From Squalus acanthias (Eukaryota): a stretch of 64,000 bases of DNA. Location: assembly GCA_030390025.1 (NCBI GenBank), contig CM059425.1, positions 176,082,001-176,146,000 on the forward strand, read 5' to 3'. The notes below the pieces were generated by a model. That model was given only the letters and a program-made list of their open reading frames with translations, made no database searches and had not been told where the DNA came from. Shown here in pieces: positions 22,894 through 35,775 of the stretch (positions are counted from its first letter, which is position 1; every line of letters begins with the position of its first letter). A program made the translations under genes and the position numbers.

Positions 22894-24479
22894 GGAATAA
22901 TGCTGGAGGACTGGAGAATTGCTAATGTTATACTACTATTCAAGAAATGGGAGAGGGATAAATCAGGAAACTACAGGCCAGTCAGCCTAACATCAGTGGT
23001 GGGGAATTTATTGGAAAGCATTATCAGGGACAAAATAAACTTTCATTTGGAAAGGCATGAGTTAATCAAGGGGAGCCAGCATGGATTTGTTAAAGGCAAA
23101 TTGTGTCTGACTAACTTGATTGAATTCTTTGATGAAGTAACAGGGAAGGTTGATCAAGGTAATGCAGTAGATGTTGTATATATGGACTTTCAGAAGGCAT
23201 TCGACAAAGTGACACACAGGAGGCTTGTTACTAGATGGAAACCCATGGAATTAAGGGGAAAGTGGTGGTATGGATGCGGAATTGGCTCAGTGACAGGAAG
23301 CAGAGTGTGGTGGTGGATGGATGTTTTTCAGACTGGGAGGTGGTTTGCAGTGGTGTTCCTCAAGGGTTAGGTTTGGATCCATTACTCTTTTCAATTTTTA
23401 TAAATGACCTAGACTTGGGTGTAGGGAACAGCATTATAAAGTTTGCAGATGATACGAAACTTGGCAACGTAATAGATAGTGATGAGGATAGTTGTAGACT
23501 TCAGGATGACATTGACAGGATGGTGAAATGGGCAGAAGCATGGCAGATAGTGTTCAATGCAGTGTGAAGTGATGCACTTTGGGAGGACTAATATGGAAAG
23601 ACAGTATACTATAAATGGCACAATTTTGAAAAGTGTAAATGAGTAGAGAGACCTTGGTGTCCATATACACAAATCCTTGAAGATGGCAGGGCAAGTTGAT
23701 AAGGTGGTTAAAAAAGCATATGGGTTACTTAAGTTTATAAAAATAGGCAAAGAATACAAAAACAAGAGATCATGCTAGAACTTTATAAATCACTGGTTAG
23801 GCCTCAGCTGGAGTATTTTGGACAATTCTGGGCACAACACTTCAGTAAAGATGAAAAGGCCTTAGAAAGGGTACAGAGGTAGTTTACCAGGATGTTACCA
23901 GGGATGAGGGACTTCAGTTATAAGGAGAGGTTGGAGAAGTTAGGACTGTTAAGAGGTGACCTAATAGAGGTTTTCCAGCTGATGAGAGGTTTTGATAGAG
24001 TAGATCGAGAAAAACTATTCCCTCTGGCGAGTGGGTCAATAACCAGAGGTCATAGATTTAAAATCAGTGACAAAAGATCTAGAGTGGAGATGGAGAAATT
24101 TTCTCACTCAGAGAGTTGTCGGGATCTGGAACGCTCTAACTGAAATGGTGGTGGAAGGTGATTTCATAAATAATTTTAAAAGGGAGTTGAACAGATACTT
24201 GAGAATGAGGTACTTACAGGATTACAAATAAAAAGCGAGGGTGTGGGATAAGGCATCAAGGGGTATGGGGAGAGAGCGGGAATATGGTATTGAGATAGAG
24301 GATCAGCCATGATCATATTGAATGGCGGAGCAGGCTCGAAGGGCCGAATGGCCTACTCCTGCTCCTATTTTTCTATTTTTCTATGTTTCTATCTATGACA
24401 GCTCTTTCAAAGAGCCAGCGCGGGCACGACGGGCCAAATGGCTTCCTTCTGTGCTGTAAGTTTCTATGGTTCTATGATT
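22894..24479 (+). mobile_element. CR1 RT and 3' end fragment, with a second CR1 tail inserted at about 24251-24395
   Basis: LEDWRIANV...YMDFQKAFD...KFADD; two distinct 3'UTR tails. Confidence 0.88.
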
Positions 24480-25488
24480 TATTGAATAGCACCAATCATC
24501 CCTATGAGGTAATTGAGCAAGTCAAATGTGAAGCCCATAACGTTTCTAAATCATCACACGGAAATACTGTTAAGTAACACTAGTTGGCAGAGCTGATCAG
24601 AAAGTAGAATCTGTATCTCAAAAATTCAGAAAGCCCAGAGTTTCAGAGTAAGTTGTCGACTTTGTTATGGAAGGGAATAGGGAACAGTTACCGCAAAACG
24701 GCCAGTCAGTGGGCAGAGTGTGCCATTTTGAGGCCCAGGCCTCATTTGCATGGATCTGAAGAGTTATGTGAACCAAACCAGTGCTCCAATGAGGCTTGCT
24801 GGTTATGGAGGGTGCGACATCGTCCCGGTCCTACGTGGAACCTGGGCCTGCAGGTGATACCGTGGGTGGGAGGAGGGGCATAGATGGGCTGGCAGCAGGT
24901 CAGGGTATTTTAGTGGAGCATGAATAACATTCTTCTTGCCACAAAAATAAAAGATGAAAATAGTTTAGAGCCGTGTGAGTGGCCTCCACTGGCACCTTTA
25001 AGGACAGCTTGTTAGGCCGCTCAATGCCAGGTACAAATGAGCAGAGTGGGTGTGGTGCACGCTTCAGCCTATTTATTCCTCAAAATTGCAGATGTACCTC
25101 ATAGGATCCTGATTTCTATATTAAATGTGGCCTCCTGCCTGAGTTCAATGGCATAAAGTAAACCAACAACTCCTAGCCAGCGCACAAATTGAAGGAGGAC
25201 CTAAAGGGATGATAGATTTTCAATCCTGAGAAAAAGTGATTTGGAAGGGTACCACTGCTCATTCTGGTAAGACCTTCTACATATACACGGCTCCCAGTGG
25301 ACTGTACTCTATAATCAATATGTGATCTATTGATAGGAAAAGACTGTATAAATACAGATATCATTCATTATTTGCTATGAACACAGATTTCAATTAATAT
25401 ATCATATTTATTGCTGATACTTCTAATTTATCCTTTTCTTATCTTTTATTTCCACAGATGAATCTAGACCATCTGGAATTAAAGAAGA

Positions 25489-25741
25489 ATTTTTTTTTTT
25501 ACACAGTGAGTGGTTAGGATCTGGAATGCACTGCCTGAAAGGGTGGTGGAGGCAGAGTCAATTGTGGCTTTCAAAAGGGAATTGGATAAGTACCTGAAGG
25601 AAAAAAATTGCAGGGTTACGGGGTAAGGGTGGGGGAGTGGGACTAGCTCAATTGCTCTTGTAGAGAGCCGGCACGGGCTCGACAGGCCGAATAGCCTCTT
25701 ACTGTGCTGTAACGATTCTATGATTCTATTCTATGATTCTA
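25489..25741 (+). mobile_element. CR1 3' end fragment
   Basis: FFTQ*VVRIWNAL; 3'UTR; (ATTCTATG)n tail. Confidence 0.85.
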
Positions 25742-26441
25742 AGAAAGAGCACAATGTACTGCACAACAAACAACATAGCATAAGCTCAACTTCCTCAAGC
25801 ACCTGCACTAACATATTCAGACTTATCACCACCAAGTAGGTACAGAGGATACAGCATTGCATTGCAGAAAGGTGTATTAAAGAGAATCAAGTCAGGTTCT
25901 GGGCTTTATATATCTCAGACATATGGGCTCCCAGGTGATTGGACACATCTTTAAGGCAGGTACATCCGGAGTTAAATAAAATATGACTGTGCAAACCTGG
26001 CATTGCCTGGCACATCCTCAGCTTGAAACAGGTGAGAGCATTTAAATTTCCTGTGAATGACTGGGAGTAATGTCAAAAATCTCTGTGTCCTTCACCTGGA
26101 TTTGTGTCAGATGGACACCCAAAAAGAGCATCCCTCAGAGAAAGAAGATTAGAAATGTGGTTGCCAGCACCCCTTTAGACCTGCAGCAAGATAAGTTTTA
26201 CTTTCATTTAGGCCTGCAAGGAAGAATAAGGAGGAATAGCAGGCTGGAGGCCAACTAGCTGTTGTTTTTATAGCAGTTAAAAGGCCCAGAAGCCTGTAGG
26301 CATTTATGCTGCTGCCTGTAACAACACACAACTTCCCTGACAATCTGGGGTGCCCACCCATTCACAGGGGCGGTTTGCCACCCAGGTGAAAACCAGGCCA
26401 TGCAAATGAGCTGAACCCAAAAATCCATCTCGGTTCAGCTA

Positions 26442-26814
26442 TAGGGTTGCCAACCCTCCAGGGCTGACCAGGAGTCTCCAGGAATTAAAGATTAATCTCC
26501 TGGACACTGCTGCGAGCAAGCCAGGAGAAAAATCATTGGGCATTAAAAAAGATTGTATTTTTTAAATTTTCTTTGAACAGTTCTGTTTATTAGTTATAAA
26601 AATATTAGAGATTGAAATAAAGGCTGTTTGCCTGACAGTCAAGAATCATCCAATCGGGTAATGAGGAGTCTGTTGGTTCTGCAGTTGGTGTGGGAAGGCG
26701 GAGCACCGCAAGAATGGATATATGTGTTTCGACCAATGGCAGGGCAGGCCAGTGGGAGGCAGGAGGTCATGTGATGAAGCTCCAGGCATACATCTAACCA
26801 GAGTTGGCAACCTA
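26442..26814. mobile_element. hAT (Tip100-like) MITE
   Basis: TIRs TAGGGTTGCCAAC / GTTGGCAACCTA; 8-bp TSD TTCAGCTA vs GTCAGCTA. Confidence 0.85.
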
Positions 26815-28111
26815 GTCAGCTACAATCCGGTCAGGTGGTTTTCCAAGGCGTATAGCTCGACTAATTCTGGGATGGCGGGGGGGGGGGGGGGTGGGGGGGT
26901 GGGCGGTGGATGGTGGGTGTTGGGGATAGTGAGGGGGGGAAGGAAAATCGGGCTCAATGCCCCAGGCTTGTGACCTGCCGATGAGGATGGATAACCCCAG
27001 TATTCTCATGGAATGCAGCTCAAGGCATTCCTTGACCTGAAAGAATACAAGTGATCCCTCCATCGTCTCACACCCCAAAGGGCGCAACCCCATTTGGATA
27101 TGACTTTTCCCTTTGCTGGATTGTTACTGTAGTGAAATCACAATGGGAAGCATTGGGAATGTGTCAGTATTTGATGAGGAGAAGAACAGGGGTCAATACT
27201 GAAATACAAACAACAGGAACTACACTGAAAGTTTTGCAAATGAATGATGCTGCACTTAATGTTTGTTATTTGATCGATTTAGTGACATTGTTTAGTGAAA
27301 AAAATGCAGCCCTTAATAAAACAGTATTTCCTGAACTGATTAGCAGTTAGCAGTAGTTTCATCCAGTAGAGATGGTTGAATAAGATCATACTAGCAAGAT
27401 TCCCTCAACTGAGAGTGGCAAGTTACAACATTGTCACAACTCTCTGTTGCCAATAAAACCTCATTGTCCCATCACATACTGTTAACAACCATCCTTTCTA
27501 TACCTAGCTGGAGTCTGTCCCTCATTCTGTGAAAGCTTGCCACTCACAATCCAAAGTTTATGCAGCTGCAGTACATCGAAAGGAGTTTACACACCATGGG
27601 CTAGATTTTCATTGACCCGTGGAGGTGGGTTTGGAGGCGTGTGGGGGGTTAAAGTTGCAGATTCGGGGGTCCCGAACCCATCCCACCCCCAACCCGCCTC
27701 CATGCCAGTTTCGCTGGAGGCGGGTACCCGACCTGTGCTGGGACCTGCCGCCCTGAGGCAGGAAGGGGATTAGTGACTATTTTAAAAGCTGAAATGTGGG
27801 CTTCCCGACAGGTCCCAACCACGGCAAGTTAGTGAGGCGGACCGTGGGTCTGCAGAGGTTGGAGGGGTCGATATGTCCGGTGGGCAGGTGAGTGATGAGT
27901 GCATGTGTGCAGAGGTAAGTGTGTAAGGTAAGTGTAAAGTGTGGGAAAAGTTTTACTTACCTTAACTTCCTCCTGCAGGTGTCAGCCCTTCAGGTCTCGG
28001 GAGTCAGAAATCTCACCAGCACAGAAAGCACAATGGCCGTGGTGCTGTCAAAAACTCCAGCCTCTGTTTTCTGTGCTGGAATGATTTCTAACTCAGCCTG
28101 AGCGGAAGGAC

Positions 28112-30354
28112 TGTAAGATTCTCAAAATTCACAGATCCCCCTAACTCTAAGAAAAAAACCCTAAGGAAAAAGACTTTGGACTCTTTCCTAGCTATTACAG
28201 GGTGGTGAAGTGCATTGGGCCTAACCGAAGGACTTTTGAGCAAAAACCAAGATTTGGTATTTTTAAAACATGTCTGGGCGTGTAGGGGAGAAAAGGGCTG
28301 TGAAGGAAGTTGGGCTCAACCTCTGTAAAAACAGTTTGGGTATTGGAGCTAATGGGAACTGTCTGGGGAACCGCATGATCTCGCTGGGAGTGTAAATCGG
28401 CCCCTATCAGACATTAGCATCCTAACAATAAACCCGAGGAAAACCAGTCTCCACCCCAAGTTACAGAGCCCATTAAGACATGCATAAAACAGATTACTTC
28501 GGCGTACTCTATAGAAATCATAGGCCCAGCCAAGAAAACCCAAAACATAAGAACAATCAAACTCCGATTAAGTGGCAAATCGACAGGATGGGGGCCATCC
28601 CGGAACCACTTCACACCTTAACAAACCAGTTACCGTTAACGAGCCCGCCAAAGCTAACAAAGACCGAGACCTGATTTGGCGCGCAGATAAGGAACCTTCA
28701 ATGGGTATAATTGAAGGCCCGTTCTCAACCTGAAAAAAGAAGAGGAAGGAAGAACAAGAAGACATCGACGGAGGCATTCTCCGCAAACACAGTTCTACAA
28801 CCAACACCGTTCAGCGTTCCGTGTCCAGCCAGGAGGTCGACAGCTCCAAGGCCAGACCATCCAACAAAGCAGGCTGACACGAGAAGAAACCCGGACTACC
28901 GCCTCAGTGACCATCGGACACCTCGCGGCAATAAGGCCCTCACGAAACAACCAACCAAACACCAAGGGCTAGATTTTCATAGGGCCGTGGAGGCGGGTTC
29001 GGAGGCGTGTGGGGGGTTAAAATTGTGAAAAGTGGCGGACAGATCTGATCCCGCCTCCATTCCGCCTCCATGCAATTTTGATAAAATCGTGTGCGGTGTT
29101 CCCGACTCCGTCCCGCCTCCAAGAGGTGGGAGAGGCCATTAAAGCCCTTAACAAGCCCTAAATTGGCTGTGTAATGTCATTTCGAAACATTTTAGCTAGT
29201 TTAACCCTTTTCTGACGTGAAGCACGCCTGATGTGAAACACGCCAGTGAAACCTGGCGGGAGCACAAGTGGATAGCTGACTATCAGCTTGCAGGTCCACT
29301 ATTACAATGGAGATGTGATGAAGGTAGTGGTAGTATTAGGTCTGAAAGTCGCCTCTGATGCTGCTGCATTGAATGTCTTCAGAGACTGCCTGGCCTTTGC
29401 TGTGAGAGGACCTGGATGCAAAAAAAAATTCTCTCTCTCTCTCTCTCTCTGAGCTGCTGCTCATTTTGCATCCAGGTCCTTTCACAGCAAAGGCCAGGCA
29501 GTCTCTGAAGCCCTTCAATGCAGCAACAATAATGACATCATCAGAGGTGACTTTCAGACTGAAACCACTAATTGGTTCATGGGTTCCCACATGCTGGAAC
29601 TCAATTGCCCAATTAGGTGAAAATTGCATCAATCTCCCACATCCAATTGCAGTCGGGTGGATAACACGAAATGCGGATGACACGTCCCCAACCCGCCCCA
29701 GTATCAAAATCCAGCCCCAAGTCTCAATATTTGGGTCACCGCGACCAAAGAAAACCAACTCGAAGAAAACCCGAAGAACCGCAAAGTTTCCACGCTACAA
29801 TCTACTCCTGACTTAGCCCTGGGTAAGATTTTCCTTAAAAAACTCTAAACCCTACTTCTAAACTAAAGAAAAGTGGGTACTCACCTGATAAATCCAATAC
29901 GCACCCTACCGCATCAGCGGACTCGCGAAGACTGACCAGATACGCAGTTGAAGTCCTCTACCGTGTACGGGGTACGGCAGACACCAACCGACATATAGAG
30001 TGAACCCCAAAACCGCGAACTAACCTAACTGTCAAGGATTCTGGTGAGTATCATCCCTGGTCTTCTGGAGTCCAACCTAGCTAGTGAAGTGGGATTGGGA
30101 GGGGTGTAGTATTCTTCTAATGTTATTTCCCTCGCTTGTACCGAAGTGTTCCCCACTTTTAGAGTGTTAAGAATGTTTGTGTTGTGTTTTACTTTCTTGA
30201 ATAAAGATCAAAGTTCTTGCATCAAAACCGGTTGTCTGCTGCACTTTTTGTCACAACCCCCAAATAAGTCCAAGGTCTAGAACCAAGGGAGTGGGAGCGA
30301 TTCGAACCGCTCAGAAGTCAGAGGTGAAGCTGACACAAACCACCACCCCCTACA
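28112..30354 (+). mobile_element. Solo LTR (about 1.5 kb plus a nested MITE)
   Basis: TGTAAG...CCTACA; TSD GGAC at 28108-28111 and 30355-30358; AATAAA near 30200. Confidence 0.82.
28966..29717. mobile_element. Non-autonomous Harbinger MITE (inner)
   Basis: TIRs GGGCTAGATTTT / AAAATCCAGCCC; TSD CAA at 28963-28965 and 29718-29720. Confidence 0.88.
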
Positions 30355-32316
30355 GGACTCAAGTTAGAAGACAGATTGTCAGTGTTTGACAGCTTCACAG
30401 AGCTGTCAAACGCTGATATTTCATCTGTCAAAAACTCTTGACAGATGAAATGTCAATCTGTGACGTCACCTGTTGCCAGGTGGCCCTTAATTGGCCTGCT
30501 GAGCCCACTGGGCAGGCTCAACAATGTCAATCAAGTGAAAATGCAGTGGGTTGGCCACAAGTCGATGGAGGTGGGACTACAACCCAAAAAGTGGGAGTCC
30601 CGCCTCCATCACGTCCCCAGTATCAAAATCCAGCCCCTTGAGTGAGATATACTGCAGGCACCACCAAAGTGATCAAGGCACCTGCTATAATTTACGAAAG
30701 TGAAGCACTTGCTCTGCAAAAGAACTTTTTTTGTGTCTGATTATACCTCTCTTTGGCTGTCATTTTGGATTGTGTAAAGGGGTCATGGTGCTTGGTTTTA
30801 GGCCATTCCACAGATATCAGTTCAGCAATTGGTGATTTCATTGCAGCAAACAAGGTGCTTCAAGTTATAAGACTGGTTAAGGATAAAGAAGTCGTACATT
30901 AGCCCCAGGGATATGGGGGCTGATTTTCCTTGAATGGCAAAAGATGGGTGGAGACCTCATATGCTGAGTCTTCCTCCCTTTTACATTCCCCTAGGAATTT
31001 TGGGGCTTTCCCAGATGGGGAGATTCAAACAAACCCATCCAAATGAGGTGGGAAGGGTTATTACCAGCCCTTCCACCTCACTCTCCTGTTTACATGCAGC
31101 CATGTGCTACTTATGAAGCTGGCAGCGATGGCTTTGACTAGGATGCTCTTCAGATTCAAGGTTTGAGGGGACCTGGCAGCAAATGAAGAGGAACTCCAAG
31201 GTGAGGTTACAGGATTTTTGCTGCATGCACCAGATCTTTAGTCCTCAGGCTCCAGTAGCAGCCAAACTACCCCAAGGCCAGCACTAGGACCAGCTAGGGC
31301 TTAGGCGAACGCTTGGGATGGCCCTTGCCATTTTAATGGCCCAGGAAAGGAAATTCAGGCACACCTGAGCCTGGACAGGTGCAGTGCATTTTGGGTGCAC
31401 TGACCCTGTCCAGTGCCAGAGCAGAGAAGGGCCATGAAAATTGGCATGATACTTTTTAGGCAAAGCAGACAACCTGCATGTAGATGGAATATAAGTACGT
31501 ACAGGTGACGTGTGCTTATAGTTGATTGATTGATCGTATCTGTATCTCCATATTGGTACATCTATCAGGCACAGCATTTTGGGAAAGACAGCAATAACAT
31601 AAAACTTTTGTTGTTCAGATAATTTTTGTCACTACTATTGGATAAAATGCACCTCAAAGAACAGTGCAAGTGATACCTTAACAAATGCCATTCTAGCCTC
31701 CTCCTGGCGCCTGCAATAATCCAAGAGCTACCAAATTACAGCAACAAATCTCATTGCCATGAGCAGAGTAGTTGCTCCAGCAAAGTTCACATATGCCTGC
31801 TGAGCAAGGTCATTTATGTTAGCCCGTGCGCTTTTTAACCTCCGCTCTGTTATCTTCCCTGCCTCCTATTTTTCTTGTTCATTGTCAAACAACACAATAT
31901 CTGCTGCATCGGTATAAGAGACTTTTGTTTAAGTCTATCACCCTGCATTAAGCTTGCCAGAACTATTAAACTTAGTCAAACTGTGACTCATACCATTGCA
32001 CTGTATGCCTTTTAAAATATTGGAATATGGCTGTTGTACTTCAGTTAATTGGATCGGCCTCTAATATTTGTCTAAATTAGCTCGCTGGTGGAAATCATTT
32101 ACTCCTGTGTTAGGCCTATATTGGAACATGTGAAATGCCATTAGCAGCACTAAAAAATACCTTTACTTTACATTGGGATTGTCTGCCCAATGCTGAATTC
32201 CTGATGCTCAGAACACCCAATCCATTATCACTCAGCAGATGATACAAGCACTCAACTTGAATGAAAATGAGAAGTCGCACAACACCAGGTTATAGTCCAA
32301 CAGATTTATTTAATTT

Positions 32317-32353
32317 TACAAGCTTTCGGAGCTGTTCGCTCCTTCCTCAGGTA
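32317..32353 (-). ncRNA. Minimal type I hammerhead ribozyme (PLE pLTR)
   Basis: TAC-CTGAGGA-AGGAGC-GAACA-GCTCC-GAAA-GCTT-GTA. Confidence 0.78.
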
Positions 32354-32585
32354 GGGTAGCAGTGAGAGAATCTCCCAGAATTCACAATATAAACACAGAA
32401 AAAATCTATTCAAATATTTCCCTACATCAAAGACACACTAAGAGCACAGCCAAGACAATGAGATGTGTCCCAGGGGGTCCAACGTGTCAAAACACCTGCT
32501 GGCTGCATATCCTGTCAATTTGTGTTGGTTCTTGTGTTAGTCTTTTTAAAAAAAAACACCTGGAAAGACCGGCCATGATGTCAAG

Positions 32586-34706
32586 TCACGTTCTGTATCG
32601 TGACATGAACCCGATATCGCGATTGAGGCCATCCTCATGAGTGCGGAACTTGGCTATCAGTTTCTGCTCTATGATTTTGCGCTGTCGTGTATCCCGAAGG
32701 CCGCCTTGGAGAACGCTTACCCGCAGATCCGAGGCTGAATGCCCCTGACTGCTGAAGTGTTCCCCGACTGGGAGGCAACCCTCCTGCCTGGCGATTGTTG
32801 CGCGGTGTCCGTTCATACGTTGTCTCAGTGTCTGCATGGTCTCGCCGATGTACCATGCTCTGGAGCATCCTTTACTGCAACGTATCAGGTAGACAACGTT
32901 GGCCGAGTCACATGAGTATGTACCGTGTACCTGGTGGGTAGTGTCCTCACGTGTGATGATGGTATCTGTGTCCATGATTTGGCATGTCTTGCAGAGGTTG
33001 CCGTGGCAGGGTTGTGTGGTGTCGTGGTTGCTGTTCTCCTGAAAGATGGGTAATCTGCTGCGAACGATGGTACTTTTGAGGTTGGGCGGCTGCTTGAAGG
33101 CGAGTAGTGGAGGCGTGGGGATGGCCTTAGCAAGGTGTTCGTCGTCATCGATGACATGTTGAAGGCTGCGAAGAACATGGCATAGTTTTTCCGCTCCGGG
33201 GAAGTACTGGACGACGTAGGGTACTCTGTTGGTTGTGTCCCATGTTCGTCTTCTGAGGAGGTCTATGCGGTTTTTCGCTGTGGCCCGTCGGAACTGTCGA
33301 TCGACGAGTCGAGCGTCATATCCCGTTCTTACGAGGGCGTCTTTCAGTGTCCGTAGGTGTCCATCGCGTTCCTCCTCGTCTGAGCAGATCCTGTGTATTC
33401 GCAGGGCTTGTCCATAGGGGATGGCTTCTTTAACGTGGTTAGGGTGGAAGCTGGAGAAGTGGAGCATCGTGAGGTTGTCCGTGGGCTTGTGGTAGAGTGA
33501 AGTGCTGAGGCGTCCGTCTTTGATGGAGATTCGTGTGTCCAAGAATGAAACCGATTCTGAGGAGTAGTCCATGGTGAGTTTGATGGTGGGATGGAACCTG
33601 TTGATGCTATCGTGTAATCCTTTCAGTGATCCTTCGCCGTGGGTCCAAAGGAAGAAGATGTCGTCGATGTATCTGGTGTACAGCGTTGGTTGGAGGTCCT
33701 GTGCAGCGAAAAAGTCTTGCTCGAACTTGTGCATGAAGATGTTGGCGTATTGGGGTGCGAATTTGGTCCCCATGGCTGTTCCGTATGTTTGGGTAAAAAA
33801 ATGGTTGTCGAAGGTGAAGACATTGTGGTCAAGGATGAAGCGGATGAGTTGTAGGATGGCGTCCGGAGATTGGCTGTTGTTGGTGTTGAGTACTGAGGCT
33901 GTCGCAGCGATGCCGTCATTGTGGAGGATATTGGTGTAGAGTGCCGATACGTCCATCGTGACGAGGAGTGTTCCTGGTTCAACTGGTCCATGGGTGCTGA
34001 GTTTTTGCAAGAAGTCTGTAGTGTCGCGACAGAAGCTGGGGGTTCCCTGTACGATGGGTTTCAGGATGCTCTCGACGTACCCAGAGAGGTTCTCACACAG
34101 GGTTCCGTTGCCTGATACGATAGGACGTCCGGGTGTGTTGGCTTTGTGTATCTTTGGGAGGCAGTAAAAGTCTCCTACGCGGGGAGTACGTGGGATGAGA
34201 GCGCGTAGGATGTTTTGAAGGTCTGGATCGAACGTCTTGATCAGTCTATTGAGTTGGCGGGTGTGTTCTTTGGTCGGATCTGCGGGTAGCTGTCTGTAGT
34301 GTTCCTGGTTGTCCAATTGTCGGTATGCTTCTTTGCAATAGTCCATTCTGTTCTGTATGACGATGGCTCCTCCTTTGTCCGCTGGTTTGATGACGATGTT
34401 GCGGTTGGTCTTGAGAGCGTGGATGCCATTGCGTTGTGCTCGGGTGACATTCTGGACTGTCTTGTGAGTACGGCTGATGAATCTGGCGTTGATGCATTTC
34501 CTGACAGCTTGAGCATACATGTCAAGCTTAGGGCTGCGACCCTCCGGAGGGGTCCAATTTGACTCTTTCTTCCTCGGTTGTAGCACTGCAGTTCCCTCTG
34601 TCTGCTGTTCCGGATCATTGATTGTCCCATTAGGAATGTTGCTGACATCTTGGGATTTGTGGTAGTATTCCCGGATCCTCATTCTCCTGATGAATTCCTC
34701 TGCCAT
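32586..34706 (-). CDS. PLE reverse transcriptase + GIY-YIG endonuclease (5'-truncated, 706 aa open)
   Basis: KPADKGG, LPKIHK, GTAMG, RYIDD, Cys linker CHGNLCKTC, VVYLIRC...WYIGET. The start codon probably arises from the inversion junction. Confidence 0.88.
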   Translation of the reverse strand: MAEEFIRRMRIREYYHKSQDVSNIPNGTINDPEQQTEGTAVLQPRKKESNWTPPEGRSPKLDMYAQAVRKCINARFISRTHKTVQNVTRAQRNGIHALKTNRNIVIKPADKGGAIVIQNRMDYCKEAYRQLDNQEHYRQLPADPTKEHTRQLNRLIKTFDPDLQNILRALIPRTPRVGDFYCLPKIHKANTPGRPIVSGNGTLCENLSGYVESILKPIVQGTPSFCRDTTDFLQKLSTHGPVEPGTLLVTMDVSALYTNILHNDGIAATASVLNTNNSQSPDAILQLIRFILDHNVFTFDNHFFTQTYGTAMGTKFAPQYANIFMHKFEQDFFAAQDLQPTLYTRYIDDIFFLWTHGEGSLKGLHDSINRFHPTIKLTMDYSSESVSFLDTRISIKDGRLSTSLYHKPTDNLTMLHFSSFHPNHVKEAIPYGQALRIHRICSDEEERDGHLRTLKDALVRTGYDARLVDRQFRRATAKNRIDLLRRRTWDTTNRVPYVVQYFPGAEKLCHVLRSLQHVIDDDEHLAKAIPTPPLLAFKQPPNLKSTIVRSRLPIFQENSNHDTTQPCHGNLCKTCQIMDTDTIITREDTTHQVHGTYSCDSANVVYLIRCSKGCSRAWYIGETMQTLRQRMNGHRATIARQEGCLPVGEHFSSQGHSASDLRVSVLQGGLRDTRQRKIIEQKLIAKFRTHEDGLNRDIGFMSRYRT

Positions 34707-35541
34707 CCCCTATGGACAAGCCCTGCGAATACACAGGATCTGCTCAGACGAGGAGGAACGCGATGGACACCTACGGACACTGAAAGACGCCCTCGTAAGA
34801 ACGGGATATGACGCTCGACTCGTCGATCGACAGTTCCGACGAGCCACAGCGAAAAACCGCATAGACCTCCTCAGAAGACGAACACGGGACACAACCAACA
34901 GAGTACCCTACGTCGTCCAGTACTTCCCCGGAGCGGAAAAACTACGCCATGTTCTTCGCAGCCTTCAACATGTCATCGATGATGACGAACACCTTGCTAA
35001 GGCCATCCCCACGCCTCCACTACTCGCCTTCAAGCAGCCGCCTAACCTCAAAAGTATCATCGTTCGCAGCAGATTACCCATCTTTCAGGAGAACAGCAAC
35101 CACAACACCACACAACCCTGCCACGGCAACCTCTGCAAGACATGCCAAATCATGGACACAGATACCATCATCACACGTGAGGACACTACCCACCAGGTAC
35201 ACGGTACATACTCATGTGACTCGGCCAACGTTGTCTACCTGATACGTTGCAGTAAAGGATGCTCCAGAGCATGGTACATCGGCGAGACCATGCAGACACT
35301 GAGACAACGTATGAACGGACACCGCGCAACAATCGCCAGGCAGGAGGGTTGCCTCCCAGTCGGGGAACACTTCAGCAGTCAGGGGCATTCAGCCTCGGAT
35401 CTGCGGGTAAGCGTTCTCCAAGGCGGCCTTCGGGATACACGACAGCGCAAAATCATAGAGCAGAAACTGATAGCCAAGTTCCGCACTCATGAGGATGGCC
35501 TCAATCGCGATATCGGGTTCATGTCACGATACAGAATGTGA
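34702..35541 (+). pseudogene. Inverted duplicate of the PLE C-terminus (thumb + GIY-YIG)
   Basis: Near-identical to the last ~280 aa of the ORF at 32586-34706. Confidence 0.9.
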
Positions 35542-35775
35542 CTTGACATCATGGCCGGTCTTTCCAAGTGTTTTTTTTTTTAAAAAGACTAACACAAGAA
35601 CCAACACAAATTGACAGGATATGCAGCCAGCAGGTGTTTTGACACGTTGGACCCCCTGGGACACATCTCATTGTCTTGGCTGTGCTCTTAGTGTGTCTTT
35701 GATGTAGGGAAATATTTGAATAGATTTTTTCTGTGTTTATATTGTGAATTCTGGGAGATTCTCTCACTGCTACCC

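Larger units (their letters stand above)
27598..30636. mobile_element. Non-autonomous Harbinger (outer), interrupted by a solo LTR
   Basis: TIRs GGGCTAGATTTT / AAAATCCAGCCC; flanks CAT and CTT. Confidence 0.7.
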
